A stretch of DNA of 64,000 nt from Candidatus Aenigmatarchaeota archaeon. GTDB taxonomy: Archaea > Aenigmatarchaeota > Aenigmatarchaeia > QMZP01. The notes beneath the pieces are model-generated. The model searched no databases, was not told where the DNA came from, and saw only the letters and a program-made list of their open reading frames with translations. This document shows positions 9,805 to 20,808 of the stretch, piece after piece (position 1 is the first letter of the stretch; every line of letters begins with the position of its first letter). Made by a program: the position numbers and the translations under genes. Where the stretch lies: contig JBDRSV010000024.1 in the NCBI GenBank assembly GCA_043824495.1, forward strand, positions 64,001 to 128,000. The letters run 5' to 3'.

Positions 9805-10895
9805 CAGAAAGAGAAATGAATCCTATTGAAGGTCTAAAGAGACTGGGTCAAGGCGTGGTGGGCCAGGTAGGGAAAAAAGAAAATCCTGATGTTAAATTAC
9901 CGATTAGAGCTTTATCAAATATTTACTTTGATGAAAAAAACAATTTGATTAGATTAGGAAACAAAGTGAGTCACAGAACATACCTCAACGTAGCTCACAC
10001 AAAAAAATTTATGCAGACACTTATGGTTGCTGCTGAGTGTAAGAAGATTATAGATCAAAATGTAACTACATCAATCAGAGATTTGTATTATGCTTTAAAG
10101 CATACGATACCAAACACCAAAGAAAATACATTCGAAGATCAAACAGAAAGCGATCCTCTTCTAGAAGACATAGAAGCGGCTCTAAATACACTTAGAGAGA
10201 AACTCCATTTGCAAGCAGATAGAAAGGGATATGTGGCAGGAGATATCAGAATAAAAGATACAGGTGACACAATTGATGCAAGCAAAATGGGTTCTTCTGG
10301 ATGGGCTATACCATCGAATGTGGAGCCAGAGAAAATTGAATTTAAAGACTGTGGTGCAGAATTTGTTTTGGTAGTAGAGAAAGATGCTGTATGGCAAAGG
10401 CTGAACGAAGATAAATTCTGGAAGAAACATAAATGCTTAATACTCACAGGTAAAGGACAACCAGCAAGAGGAACAAGAAGACTCATAAACAGAATACAAA
10501 AAGAGCTTAAACTTCCAATTTATGTCGTATGCGACGGTGATGTCTGGGGATATTACATATATTCTGTTATAAAACAGGGTTCAATTAACTTGTCTTTCTT
10601 ATCAGATAGACTAGGAACACCAAGTGCAAAATATATTGGATTGACAACAAGAGATGTAGATCAATACAAACTCCCTAAGAATGTAACAATTAAACTGAAT
10701 GCAGGAGATATCAAGAGAGCACATGAACTGTTAAATTATAGGTGGTTTAGACCAAAACCATGGCAAGATGAGATACAAAACATGCTTAATGTTGGATACA
10801 AATTAGAGCTTGAAGCCTTATCAGCAAAGGGAATTAGGTTCATATCAGAAAACTACTTACCAGAGAAAATAAAATCCAAAGATTTCTTACCTTAA
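9801..10895 (+). CDS. top6A: DNA topoisomerase VI subunit A
   Basis: SIRDLYY (catalytic Tyr), VVEKDA, TGKGQP, DGD Toprim motif, KLELEAL. Confidence 0.95.
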   Translation: MTEREMNPIEGLKRLGQGVVGQVGKKENPDVKLPIRALSNIYFDEKNNLIRLGNKVSHRTYLNVAHTKKFMQTLMVAAECKKIIDQNVTTSIRDLYYALKHTIPNTKENTFEDQTESDPLLEDIEAALNTLREKLHLQADRKGYVAGDIRIKDTGDTIDASKMGSSGWAIPSNVEPEKIEFKDCGAEFVLVVEKDAVWQRLNEDKFWKKHKCLILTGKGQPARGTRRLINRIQKELKLPIYVVCDGDVWGYYIYSVIKQGSINLSFLSDRLGTPSAKYIGLTTRDVDQYKLPKNVTIKLNAGDIKRAHELLNYRWFRPKPWQDEIQNMLNVGYKLELEALSAKGIRFISENYLPEKIKSKDFLP

Positions 10896-10926
10896 AGAAT
10901 TAAAACACCAAAAACAATGAGTAGAT

Positions 10927-11307
10927 ATGGTCATGGAATTCTTTACAGGAGCAGCGAATCTTCTTGTAGGTGATACTCTAACTTTCATAATATTCGAGAT
11001 TATTCTCCTTTTGATATCAGCTCTCTTCATATGGATAGGAGCTAAGGTAGCACAAGTTAAGAAAGGATCTATTGGAAGAGCATTCTTGGTTGCAATTGTA
11101 TTTTCAATTATTACTCCAATATTCATGATCCCTTTTGTTGGCTATGCTTTAGTAACATTCATTCTAACACTAATAATAAACCTAGTAATAATAAAAATAG
11201 TGTTCTCAGCAAATTGGAGAAAAGCTCTAACTACATGGGTTTTTTCTATAATATCAGGCATAATAGCAGTATTGATACTGGGTTTTGTTTTAGTTCTTTT
11301 GGTATAA
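10927..11307 (+). CDS. Hypothetical multi-pass membrane protein
   Basis: 126 aa, about four hydrophobic helices. Confidence 0.65.
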   Translation: MVMEFFTGAANLLVGDTLTFIIFEIILLLISALFIWIGAKVAQVKKGSIGRAFLVAIVFSIITPIFMIPFVGYALVTFILTLIINLVIIKIVFSANWRKALTTWVFSIISGIIAVLILGFVLVLLV

Positions 11308-12372
11308 TTAAATCCAATCCTTTCTCCTGAAATATCCTAACATGATAAGACCAATTATTATCATAATAGTCCATACTATAGGATACGACCATTGCCATGA
11401 AAGTTCCGGCATGTGTTGAAAATTCATCCCATAAATGCCTGCTATAAAAGTTAGAGGAATAAATATTGTAGCTATTATTGTCAAGACTTTCATTACCTCG
11501 TTCATTTTATTACTAATACTAGAAAGATAAACATCTATCATACCTGAAACCATATCTTTGTATGTTTCCGTAGTATCGATTATTTGTATTATGTGATCAT
11601 AGACATCTCTCAAATATATTTCCGTTTTTGTTTCTATTAGATTACTCTCTAGTTTTTGTGCTTTACTTATAGCCTCTCTTAGTGGCCAAATAGATTTTCT
11701 AGTGAATATAAGCTCTCTTTTTATTTTATGTATAGAATTAAGCGTGTTTGGTGTAGGCGATCCTAATACATCATCTTCTAGAGATTCTATTTGATCTCCC
11801 ATTTTCTCAAGCACAACAAAATAGTTATCTACAATAGCATCCAACAAAGAATATAATAAATAGTCACTTCCAGACTTTCTAATTTTACCTTTGCCATCTC
11901 TTATTCTTGTTCTTACGTAATCAAATACATCACCTTCCCTTTCTTGGAAAGATAAAACAAAATTAGAACCCAATATGAGACTGACCTGTTCAGAGTTAAC
12001 TTCCTCCTTTTTTTCATTGTAAGACAACATCTGGAGGACGATGAAAACATATTTATCAAAATCTTCTAGTTTAGGTCTATGGTTAGTATTTAGTATGTCC
12101 TCTAAAACTAATGGATGAATCTCAAAATTATCACCTATCTTTTTTATAATTTCTGTGTCATGAAGACCAGATATGTTTATCCATGTTATAGTAGGTTTAT
12201 TCTTGAAAGGAAAAGAGTCTTCAACTTTTTTAAGTTCTTTTTCTTCAATCTTATCTTCTTTATAGTCTATGAGAGTCATTTTTACTTTATCTGTTATCTT
12301 TGTTCCAATGTGAACAAGAGAACCTGGAGACATTCCTGTCTTCTTAGAAACCCTTTTTATAAATTTAGACAT
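11308..12372 (-). CDS. corA: Magnesium/cobalt transporter CorA
   Basis: GMSPGSLVHIG, HPLVLEDI, GMNF motif, MPEL. Confidence 0.95.
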   Translation of the reverse strand: MSKFIKRVSKKTGMSPGSLVHIGTKITDKVKMTLIDYKEDKIEEKELKKVEDSFPFKNKPTITWINISGLHDTEIIKKIGDNFEIHPLVLEDILNTNHRPKLEDFDKYVFIVLQMLSYNEKKEEVNSEQVSLILGSNFVLSFQEREGDVFDYVRTRIRDGKGKIRKSGSDYLLYSLLDAIVDNYFVVLEKMGDQIESLEDDVLGSPTPNTLNSIHKIKRELIFTRKSIWPLREAISKAQKLESNLIETKTEIYLRDVYDHIIQIIDTTETYKDMVSGMIDVYLSSISNKMNEVMKVLTIIATIFIPLTFIAGIYGMNFQHMPELSWQWSYPIVWTIMIIIGLIMLGYFRRKDWI

Positions 12373-12404
12373 ATTTAAGAATTAGAAGTCCGATTTAAAA
12401 GCAC

Positions 12405-12626
12405 CTAATAAGTCACAACAGTTCTACTGTCTTTCTTTTCTTGGGATAAATTCTCAAGATGTTGAGGGTCCACTACAGCCTTATCTTTACACAGTTCGTT
12501 GTTTATACTCTGGTCTGTAACAAATTTTTCCCTCAGCTTACAAAAACCCATAACAATTGAGCCCATTGCAGCTGTCTGATACTCCCTTTTCCTATCAAAA
12601 AATGGGCATTTTTTACATTGAACCAT
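12405..12626 (-). CDS. Small Cys-rich putative metal-binding protein
   Basis: MVQCKKCPFF...GFCKLR...C; start trimmed from 12650. Confidence 0.55.
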   Translation of the reverse strand: MVQCKKCPFFDRKREYQTAAMGSIVMGFCKLREKFVTDQSINNELCKDKAVVDPQHLENLSQEKKDSRTVVTY

Positions 12627-12698
12627 ACTTAACAATTCATAATAAAACATTTAAAGTTGTCAGGCGTATCTATTAACTAATAGAGTAAAAGTGGAATT

Positions 12699-14903
12699 AT
12701 GTCATATACACTAATATTAACAGAAAAACCGTCAGCAGCAGAGAGGATAGCTAATTCATTGGCCGATGGAGAAGTAGAGAAAAATACCACAAGAGATAAA
12801 GTGTCCACATATAGGATAACTAGAAATGGTAAGGAAATAGTAGTTGTTTCAGCTGCAGGACATTTACTTGTTCTATCGGAAGATTCAGAAAAAACAACAT
12901 GGAAATATCCAGTATTCTCTGTTAAATGGAAACCAACTTATTTACAAAAAAATAATGCCTGGTCTAAGAAATACTTCACTACTATACAAGAAATGGCTAA
13001 AGATGCTGATGAGTTTATATCAGCAACAGATTATGATATAGAAGGTTCTGTTATAGCTTACAATATATTCAGATTTATTTGTAATGTAAAAGATGGAAAG
13101 AGAATGAAATTCTCTACTCTAACAAAGGATGATCTTGTGGATGCATATGAAAATGCTTCTCCTCATCTGGAATTCCCACAGATAGAAGCTGGTTTAACTA
13201 GACATTATCTAGACTGGTATTTCGGTATAAACATGACCAGAGCTCTCACGCTATCTCTTGAAAGTGTAGGAGGCTACTGGACACTATCAACAGGACGTGT
13301 GCAAGGACCAACACTCACACTTCTCGAACAGAGACAGAAAGAGATAATGAAATTCAAACCAGTCCCATACTGGGAAATAGAACTTAAAGGAATTCTTGAA
13401 GGTAAAGATATAGTTGCAAATCATGTAGAAGATAAATTCTGGGAGAAAAAAAGGGCAGAGAAAGCAGTAGAAAATTCTAAAGGAAAAGATGCTATTGTGG
13501 AGAGTATAGAAAAGAAAAACCAGAAACAGTCTCCCCATGTACCTTTTGATTTAACATCTCTCCAGAGAGATTCATATACATTATTTGGTTACACCCCTAA
13601 ACAGACTTTGGACATTGCACAGAGTCTTTACGAACAAGCTGTAATAAGCTATCCTAGAACATCGAGCCAAAAGCTTCCACCACAAATAGGATATAAAACA
13701 ATTATCAAAAAACTTGGAAACCAACTTGACTATGGGGAGTTAGTCAAAAAACTCATGGCAAAAAAGACACTAAAACCAATTGAGGGAAATAAAATAGATC
13801 CTGCTCATCCTGCTATATATCCAACAGGGCAGAGACCAAAATCACTTAATTCTTACCAAAAGAAAATATATGATATTATAGTGAAACGATTCTTAGCAGC
13901 TTTTGCAGATCCTGCAATTAGAGAGCTCATGAAAATAACAATATATACAAATGGGGAGAAGTTTGCAGCACACGGAGCTAGAACAGTTGAAGCAAATTGG
14001 ATAGAATTCTATCAACCATATACAAAGTTCAAAGATACTGTTTTACCTGAAGTGAAAAAAGGGGATAAAGTTGATGTAAAGAGCATAGACATGATAGGGA
14101 AGGAAACCCAACCACCAAGTAGATATAATCCAGCTTCTATACTAAAAGACATGGAAAAACTGGGGTTAGGAACCAAAGCTACTAGAGCACATATTCTCCA
14201 GACATTGTATGACAGAAGTTACATAAAAGAAAGATCAATCGTAGTCACAGAGCTCGGAGAGGCTGTTGTTGATGCTCTTGATAAATATTGTTCAGAAATA
14301 ACTTCTCCACAACTAACAAAAAGATTTGAAGATGATATAGAAGCTGTACAAGAGGGTAAAAAGAAAAGAGAAGATGTTGTAAATAGTGCCCAAAAGGAGT
14401 TAGAAGGAATACTGAAACATTTCAAAGAGAACCAGAAAGACATAGGTGGTAACATACTAAAAGCTGTTAAAACATTTGAGAAAACACAAAACACTATAGG
14501 CAAATGCTTGAAATGTAAAAGTGACATGAAAATCATGTATTCTAAGAGAACTAAAAAGAGGTTTGTTGGCTGTTCAGGATATCCTAAATGTAGTAATTCT
14601 TATCCATTACCACAACAAGGACATATAACAGTAGAATCTAAACCATGTGATAATTGCGGTTTGTTTTATGTTTCTGTGAAAAGTACTGGAAGAAGACCTT
14701 GGAGACTATGTGTTAAATGTGGTTTCGAAAAGAGTAAAGAGAAAGCTAAAACAACTAAAGAAGAAGCATCTAAAACAGAAGAACCTAAAACAACTAAAGC
14801 AATAAAAACTCCAACTAAAACAAAAACCAAGACAACAAAAAAAGCTACTGAAACTAAAATCGCTGAAATAAAATCAACTGAAACGAAAACAGTAAAGAAG
14901 TGA
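12699..14903 (+). CDS. topA: DNA topoisomerase I (type IA)
   Basis: LILTEKPSAA, ATDYDIEG, STGRVQGPTL, ISYPRT (catalytic Tyr), C-terminal Zn ribbons, Lys/Thr-rich tail. Confidence 0.95.
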   Translation: MSYTLILTEKPSAAERIANSLADGEVEKNTTRDKVSTYRITRNGKEIVVVSAAGHLLVLSEDSEKTTWKYPVFSVKWKPTYLQKNNAWSKKYFTTIQEMAKDADEFISATDYDIEGSVIAYNIFRFICNVKDGKRMKFSTLTKDDLVDAYENASPHLEFPQIEAGLTRHYLDWYFGINMTRALTLSLESVGGYWTLSTGRVQGPTLTLLEQRQKEIMKFKPVPYWEIELKGILEGKDIVANHVEDKFWEKKRAEKAVENSKGKDAIVESIEKKNQKQSPHVPFDLTSLQRDSYTLFGYTPKQTLDIAQSLYEQAVISYPRTSSQKLPPQIGYKTIIKKLGNQLDYGELVKKLMAKKTLKPIEGNKIDPAHPAIYPTGQRPKSLNSYQKKIYDIIVKRFLAAFADPAIRELMKITIYTNGEKFAAHGARTVEANWIEFYQPYTKFKDTVLPEVKKGDKVDVKSIDMIGKETQPPSRYNPASILKDMEKLGLGTKATRAHILQTLYDRSYIKERSIVVTELGEAVVDALDKYCSEITSPQLTKRFEDDIEAVQEGKKKREDVVNSAQKELEGILKHFKENQKDIGGNILKAVKTFEKTQNTIGKCLKCKSDMKIMYSKRTKKRFVGCSGYPKCSNSYPLPQQGHITVESKPCDNCGLFYVSVKSTGRRPWRLCVKCGFEKSKEKAKTTKEEASKTEEPKTTKAIKTPTKTKTKTTKKATETKIAEIKSTETKTVKK

Positions 14904-14918
14904 TTTTATATATTTCTA

Positions 14919-15566
14919 ATGGAATCTATTATTATGAAATACGATGCTATAATAGTTCCAGGTGGAGGCTTAGATCCAAATGGTACTCCTCATAGTTGGG
15001 TTAAAAAAAGACTCGATAAAGCTCTAGAGGTGTATACAGGAAAGGAGTTTCTTATTGTTCTCAGTAGGGGGACTACACATAAGCCACCAATTCTTGATAA
15101 GAAAGGATTTCCAATAGACGAAGCAACATCATCATCCGAATATCTTCTAAAGAAAGGAGTTGATAGAAAAAACATAAGAGCTGAAAGATCATCCTTTGAT
15201 ACTATAGGAAATGCTTATTTCTCTCGAGTTATTCACACAGATCCCATGGGTCTAAAGAACATACTAGTTGTAACATCTAAATTTCATATGACTAGAACAA
15301 AGTCTATTTTCAAATGGATTTTCAATCTCGAGCCTTTACGAGTAAAGTATAAGATAGATTTCTTAGAATCCGATGATGGTATGAGAGCTAATCTTACTAA
15401 ATTAAAACATGAAAGAGAAAGAAGTAGGTTGAATCAAATAAAAGAGAGACAGAAAAGAATCAAAACCTTGTTGCAACTTCATGAGTGGTTGTTCACAGAA
15501 CATGATGCTTATTCTTGTGGCTTGAAATCCACTTCTTTGAAAGGCAGAATTCTGGACACTTATTAG
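14919..15566 (+). CDS. YdcF/DUF218 family protein
   Basis: DAIIVPGGG...RLDKA...AERSSFDTIGNA...VVTSKFHMTR. Confidence 0.85.
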   Translation: MESIIMKYDAIIVPGGGLDPNGTPHSWVKKRLDKALEVYTGKEFLIVLSRGTTHKPPILDKKGFPIDEATSSSEYLLKKGVDRKNIRAERSSFDTIGNAYFSRVIHTDPMGLKNILVVTSKFHMTRTKSIFKWIFNLEPLRVKYKIDFLESDDGMRANLTKLKHERERSRLNQIKERQKRIKTLLQLHEWLFTEHDAYSCGLKSTSLKGRILDTY

Positions 15567-15809
15567 TTACCACGACTCGTAAAATCCCCAATCCATTATG
15601 AAAACAGAAAGGAACACTGTTACTACAAGAACAATTATTAGAATTACTACTAAGAATGGATCATATCCTGTGGCCACACTGTGTATTATCAGTCCTAAGA
15701 TTATGAGTATTAGAACAATTACAGAAACTAAAGCGAATAATCTTTCTCTCCACGTTTTTTTTGCACTGTGAACGTGCATTTTTCTCTCTTTTCTACTCAT
15801 TCCTGGCAT
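15567..15809 (-). CDS. Small two-TM membrane protein
   Basis: Hydrophobic 80 aa ORF. Confidence 0.55.
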   Translation of the reverse strand: MPGMSRKERKMHVHSAKKTWRERLFALVSVIVLILIILGLIIHSVATGYDPFLVVILIIVLVVTVFLSVFIMDWGFYESW

Positions 15810-15841
15810 GTATTAAATTAGGTCATATAGAATTAAAAGTA

Positions 15842-17230
15842 TTATACTGGAATCCATTCAATTTCTTGTATGTGTGTGTTTGTGTTACCGGCTAGGTCGG
15901 CCACACCTACACCAAATATGTAATCACCTTCTATGTCAGCTCCTGTAAATATCCAAGACTCTCCATTTGATGGCATTTGAATAAGAGGTTCTTTGATTGG
16001 AATGGGTTTGACGGCGAGAGAAGTTTTTTCTGAACAGTCTCTGCTATTAAGGTCTAATTGACGAGTTTCTGTTGTATGTTTGGTTAATATGACTCTCTCA
16101 TAAGTCCCATCGCTTTTTTTGATTGTGGCGTATGGTTCTCCATAAATCTCTTCAGAGAATATCACTTCTACACCATTACTTCCCCATGTTCTTGTGTATA
16201 TTTCAGGTGCGATGTCATCATCACCCATACCTAATAACGATCTTGCAGCTTCATCTGCTGTTACAAATTTGTATGGTATTCCATATTCTTGTGACAAAGC
16301 ATCTAACTTAGCCTTTTCAGATTCAAGATATCTCGGTCTGATACCATCTTCATGTGTGTATGTACAATATACACCAACGCCGTTTTGTTGTGCGTATTCA
16401 AATGATTTCTCCGGATATTCTCCAAAAGGGTTGCAATAGAATATAGTTCTATCCGTGTCTCCTGGAGTTTGGTAATCATCTACACTAGGATGATAAGGTG
16501 ATGAATCTACGGGAGCTCTACTCCAATCGTAATTATAAATTGTTCCGTCAACCCAGTCATACCAACTCCACCAACATCCGTCATATATTGTTGAATTTCT
16601 TCTAAATGGTGCAAGATTAGTGAAATCAAATGGTACAATATCATCTAACCAATTAGATAGGTCATTATCTTCCCAAACCCATCCAGCTCTATATGATGAA
16701 GGGAAAAATTCTTTATCTATTAGAAGATGATTCAGAGCATTTTCTGCTAAATATTCGTGACCTTTAAAGTCATAATGTTGAGGATAACTACCACTACCAC
16801 ATTTCTTAACATGATGATAATGCCACTCTAAGTCATCACCGAAGTCTTCTATTTCTTCGCTCCAATTACCCATTAGAAGATCATGGATTAGTCCACAATT
16901 TCCCCAATATTCACAATAACTAGCATCTGATTGTAAATACCATGTGAGTTTAGCTTGGTTACCAAAAGAATCTGTTACTCTTGGTTGAAGAAAGACCTGC
17001 CTTAGACCATACTCATAATCTCTTTCATAATACTCCATGCTATTTCTGGTTCTAAGTTCAGTGTCAATTGCTATTACAGCATAAACAATAGAATTTTCTG
17101 GTGGGTTCGTGGAAGTGTTTATCGTTTCTTCTAATGGAGGTGATTTCTGAAATATATCTGAATTTCCGTTTATTAGAGGAAATGATATAAGAATAATCAA
17201 AACACAGATACCAATTATTTCATGTCTCAT
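15842..17230 (-). CDS. Secreted protein, possible polysaccharide-deacetylase-like fold plus C-terminal Ig-like domain
   Basis: Signal peptide; IAIDTE, LTWYL, EWHYH and SYRAG motifs resemble NodB/CE4-type barrels (inference). Confidence 0.6.
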   Translation of the reverse strand: MRHEIIGICVLIILISFPLINGNSDIFQKSPPLEETINTSTNPPENSIVYAVIAIDTELRTRNSMEYYERDYEYGLRQVFLQPRVTDSFGNQAKLTWYLQSDASYCEYWGNCGLIHDLLMGNWSEEIEDFGDDLEWHYHHVKKCGSGSYPQHYDFKGHEYLAENALNHLLIDKEFFPSSYRAGWVWEDNDLSNWLDDIVPFDFTNLAPFRRNSTIYDGCWWSWYDWVDGTIYNYDWSRAPVDSSPYHPSVDDYQTPGDTDRTIFYCNPFGEYPEKSFEYAQQNGVGVYCTYTHEDGIRPRYLESEKAKLDALSQEYGIPYKFVTADEAARSLLGMGDDDIAPEIYTRTWGSNGVEVIFSEEIYGEPYATIKKSDGTYERVILTKHTTETRQLDLNSRDCSEKTSLAVKPIPIKEPLIQMPSNGESWIFTGADIEGDYIFGVGVADLAGNTNTHIQEIEWIPV

Positions 17231-17327
17231 TTTTTATCTGTATTAAATAATGGGCGTGAAATTATAAATAAACAATAGTCCATCTAATTATAAATGAATC
17301 CACTAAACTGAATGTAATATGGGGTAT

Positions 17328-17834
17328 CTAGGATTCGCTTATATCAAACTCAAAATCTTTTGATGCTGCTGGTTTCCATTCAGTCACTTCAAAAGACGCT
17401 ATGTTTGTGTTGCCTACAAGATCAGATACTCTAACTAATATAGTATAATCTTCTTCTATGTGTGAACCATCATAAACCCATCTTTCAACACTCTCTCCAC
17501 CAGAACCTGTTAGATCTTCAAATCCAAGTTTTGTCAAAATGATAGTCTCAGGTTCTCTATCAGAGTACTGGATCTCTGCATATGGTTCTTGTATTTTTTC
17601 AGAACCCACAATTATCACACCCTTTACTCCCCAAGGTTGTATGTAAATCTGAGGAGCTTCTGTATCAAAGTCAACCTGGTTCAAAGTTTGAATTTGAGGA
17701 GAAAGAATTGGTTGAATTAGCTGACCTGCGGGTGAATTCCCTCTATCCAATTCGGCTTGTAAACTAAAAGAAAGATATGCCAAAGAAACTACAGCTATAA
17801 CAACGAGTCCGATGGCTAGAGGAGCTTGTTCCAT
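17328..17834 (-). CDS. Membrane-anchored protein paralogous to the C-terminal domain of 15842..17230
   Basis: DTEAPQIYIQPWG...EPYAEI...ILTK...VSDLVGNTN versus DDIAPEIYTRTWG...EPYATI...ILTK...VADLAGNTN. Confidence 0.65.
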   Translation of the reverse strand: MEQAPLAIGLVVIAVVSLAYLSFSLQAELDRGNSPAGQLIQPILSPQIQTLNQVDFDTEAPQIYIQPWGVKGVIIVGSEKIQEPYAEIQYSDREPETIILTKLGFEDLTGSGGESVERWVYDGSHIEEDYTILVRVSDLVGNTNIASFEVTEWKPAASKDFEFDISES

Positions 17835-17882
17835 GAATAGAAATTGGTATCATTATTTAAAACTTAGTGTGATTTTCTTGTT

Positions 17883-18314
17883 ATGTACATGGGTCCTCGT
17901 AGTCAAAGAGAAAGAGAGATTTCAAGAACCGCTGCAATTGTAGGTAGACATATTCGTGGAAAACAGGAAAGTCTAGGAATTACAGGACAACGATTAGCTC
18001 ATTTAACATGTGCAGATTTAGGATTGACAGAAAATAGTGCATCTGGAGTTATCGGTGACTATGGAAGAGGCTATTTTATCACTCCTTCAGATAATGCAAC
18101 AAGAACTAAAAAAAGAATAACAAGACTTGCAGTAATTTACAGAGACTTGAATATCAAGCCAGACGACCCAGAGATTGCTGAATTAAGAGAAACTTGGCCT
18201 GAGCTAATAGGAGATAAATGGTCTGACGTTGAAGAATACCCAGAAGCAGCACCAAAACCTCAGGAAGTGAATCCTTATATTGATATGACGTTAGTAGACA
18301 AAATGGTCTTCTAA
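17883..18314 (+). CDS. Hypothetical protein (possible HTH-like N-terminus)
   Basis: 143 aa ORF; no clear family. Confidence 0.5.
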   Translation: MYMGPRSQREREISRTAAIVGRHIRGKQESLGITGQRLAHLTCADLGLTENSASGVIGDYGRGYFITPSDNATRTKKRITRLAVIYRDLNIKPDDPEIAELRETWPELIGDKWSDVEEYPEAAPKPQEVNPYIDMTLVDKMVF

Positions 18315-18378
18315 CTGAAGGTGATCGTGATTTTGTTGATTCTTTGATAACAAATATTCTTAGAAAATACCCAAGAGA

Positions 18379-19365
18379 TTAACCTTGTTGGCTGTGTAAG
18401 AAAACGTTCTTTAATTCAACTGTTTCTGTTCTATGAACTTTTACTCTGATTCCTTTTCTAATCATAATCAATCTTTTCTTTGGTCCTGGTACTGAACCTG
18501 AAATAATGATGTAATCACCTGTGATCTTTCCATAGTTTACCCATCCGCCCTTTGGTTCTATTTTGGTTCCGATTTGAAGAACTCTCTTATTATATTCTGT
18601 TCTTGCTTGGAAACCTAACTGACCTGCTTGAGCAATCTTACCTGGTAAAACTCTTGATGGCGTAACTGCACCCATTGTACCTACGTGTCTTCTCTTTCCT
18701 TGGTTCTTTCGTGATCTAACCTTAATACCGAATCTCTTAACAGGACCTTGGTAACCTTTACCTTTTGTTATAGCTCTAACATCAATCCAGTCTCCGCCTT
18801 TGAAAACATCAGAAGCTTTTAACTCGCTGCCTAACTTCTCTTTTGCATAAGCCAATTTCTGCTTAACTTCGCCTGATAAATGTAATTCAAATAGCTCTGG
18901 TTTTTTCTTTCCTATACCAGATTCTTTTGGTTTTGTGTGAACAAGTAATCTTACATCATGTAAGTTATCAATATCTTTTTCAGCGTCTTCTAATGCTTTC
19001 TTGTTATCTTTTTTCTTTGGTAAGAATGTTTTTCTTCCAAGATCTTTTGCTAATTTTTCAGAAAAAATAGTTGCAACATTTCTGGAACATCCAGAAGATC
19101 TTTTGTATGTTTTAATTCCACAAACAACAATAGAAGGACAATCAATAATTGTCACAGGCTCTACAATATCTTGACCGTGTGTAATTGAATCTTTTTTGTT
19201 ATCTGTATATGAAACTTGTGTCATGCCAGCTTTATATCCAGCAAAAAATAATGGTGTAACTTCTCCGATAGTATCTCTGGCTTTGAGTCTAGGATACATT
19301 CTTTTGGCTCTCTTTTTAGGCCAATATGCTCTGCTTCCCTTTTTCGGTTTGTGACCTTTTGCCAT
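18379..19365 (-). CDS. rpl3: 50S ribosomal protein L3
   Basis: FFAGYKAGMT, TKGKGYQGPVKRFG, GQLGFQARTEYNKR. Confidence 0.95.
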   Translation of the reverse strand: MAKGHKPKKGSRAYWPKKRAKRMYPRLKARDTIGEVTPLFFAGYKAGMTQVSYTDNKKDSITHGQDIVEPVTIIDCPSIVVCGIKTYKRSSGCSRNVATIFSEKLAKDLGRKTFLPKKKDNKKALEDAEKDIDNLHDVRLLVHTKPKESGIGKKKPELFELHLSGEVKQKLAYAKEKLGSELKASDVFKGGDWIDVRAITKGKGYQGPVKRFGIKVRSRKNQGKRRHVGTMGAVTPSRVLPGKIAQAGQLGFQARTEYNKRVLQIGTKIEPKGGWVNYGKITGDYIIISGSVPGPKKRLIMIRKGIRVKVHRTETVELKNVFLHSQQG

Positions 19366-19367
19366 AT

Positions 19368-19766
19368 TTATACTCTACGTCCTCTGCGTCCTCCCTTCTT
19401 ACGTGTGGAATCGTGTGGTATTGGTGTGACATCTTCTATTTTACCGATTCTTAAACCTCTTCTAACCAATGCCCTTATTGCAGGTTGGGTTCCTTGTCCA
19501 GGTATTCTCTTCTTGTGTCCACCAGGTGCTCTGATCTTAAGATCGACACCTACATATCCTCTGTTTAGTGCATCTTCTGCTGCTCTTTTTCCTGCAAGCA
19601 TAGCAGGGAATGCACTTCCTTTATCCTTATCTTTATTAGTGACCATACCACCGCTGATTCTAGAAATTGTCTCAGAACCTGTTACATCTGTGATATGAAT
19701 GATAGTATTATTTACTGATGAATATATGTGAGCTATTCCCCATTTTCCTTTTCGTCTGTTATCCAT
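19368..19766 (-). CDS. rps11: 30S ribosomal protein S11
   Basis: [19 protein letters not shown]...[10 protein letters not shown]...GGRRGRRV. Confidence 0.97.
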   Translation of the reverse strand: MDNRRKGKWGIAHIYSSVNNTIIHITDVTGSETISRISGGMVTNKDKDKGSAFPAMLAGKRAAEDALNRGYVGVDLKIRAPGGHKKRIPGQGTQPAIRALVRRGLRIGKIEDVTPIPHDSTRKKGGRRGRRV

Positions 19767-19767
19767 T

Positions 19768-20226
19768 TTAGCCGCCTCCGTTCTTTATTATATTACCTTC
19801 TTGTTCTATTGGAACCATGTATGAAGGGAACTTATTTCTTCTCCCTTCAATTATGATATGACCATGAGTTATCATCTGCCTTGATTCTTTTATTGCTTTT
19901 GCAATTCCTCTCTTTAATACAACCGTTTGTAATCTTCTATCTAATATATTAGTAATATCTAAAGCTAGAATATCGTCAAGTCCTTGACCTTTCTGAAGAA
20001 GACCAAACTTAAGCATCTTATCAATTAGTATTTTTTCTTTTTCTTGATCATTTGCACTGATAAGTTTTCTTGCTCTTTGTCTGAATTGTCTCAAAGACTC
20101 TCTTGCTAACCATAATTCTTTCTTTCTCCTTAGTCCATACTTGTTCATAACCTGTCTATCCTTCTTAAGTTCTATTATGTTCCAAGGGACTCGAGGTTTC
20201 TTGAACTTATTTCTTATGTTTCTCAT
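19768..20226 (-). CDS. rps4: 30S ribosomal protein S4
   Basis: [28 protein letters not shown]. Confidence 0.95.
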   Translation of the reverse strand: MRNIRNKFKKPRVPWNIIELKKDRQVMNKYGLRRKKELWLARESLRQFRQRARKLISANDQEKEKILIDKMLKFGLLQKGQGLDDILALDITNILDRRLQTVVLKRGIAKAIKESRQMITHGHIIIEGRRNKFPSYMVPIEQEGNIIKNGGG

Positions 20227-20230
20227 ACGA

Positions 20231-20683
20231 TCACTTCTTTGCCTTCTTCTTACTTACACCAACCGTTTTACCTTTTCTGAATGAGGATCTTGTTCTTTGT
20301 CCTCTTACAGGAAGACCGGCTGAGTGTCTTGTGCCTTTGTAAGTTTTCAATCTCTTCATTTCATTTATGTCCATTCTTTGTGTGAAATCTAACTGGCTCA
20401 CTATTATGTGTTTATTGTCACCAGTTGAAGGATCTTTTTGTCTGTTATATAACCATGAAGGAATATTGTGTTTAGCAGGATGATTTATTATATCTTCCAA
20501 TTGACTCACTTCTTGTTCTGTCAATTCACCAACTTTCTTGTCTGGTTGAGACCAGATAGACATAATAGCATTAGCATATGCGAAAGAAATCCCTTTCACG
20601 TTTCTTATAGCTACTTTTACTGGTTTTGAACCGTCCAGGTTTGTTTCTGCAAACCTTACTATTTGCTTAATTTTTTCTACCAT
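20231..20683 (-). CDS. rps13: 30S ribosomal protein S13
   Basis: NLDG...KGISFAYA...YKGTRHSAGLPVRGQRTRS. Confidence 0.95.
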   Translation of the reverse strand: MVEKIKQIVRFAETNLDGSKPVKVAIRNVKGISFAYANAIMSIWSQPDKKVGELTEQEVSQLEDIINHPAKHNIPSWLYNRQKDPSTGDNKHIIVSQLDFTQRMDINEMKRLKTYKGTRHSAGLPVRGQRTRSSFRKGKTVGVSKKKAKK

Positions 20684-20808
20684 ATTATCATCTCAGTATC
20701 TTGTAAGCTTATTAGTGATATTATTAGTGATATATAAGTTATATAATCTATTTAAAACAGATATATATACTTTAGTTAATTAATAGTACATAAAATTGGT
20801 AAAAAAAT

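Noticed and set aside
10223-10232. AAAGGGATAT inside top6A and ATCCCTTT inside rps13
   Set aside because: Partial matches within coding sequence, with no hairpin or compositional break; chance.
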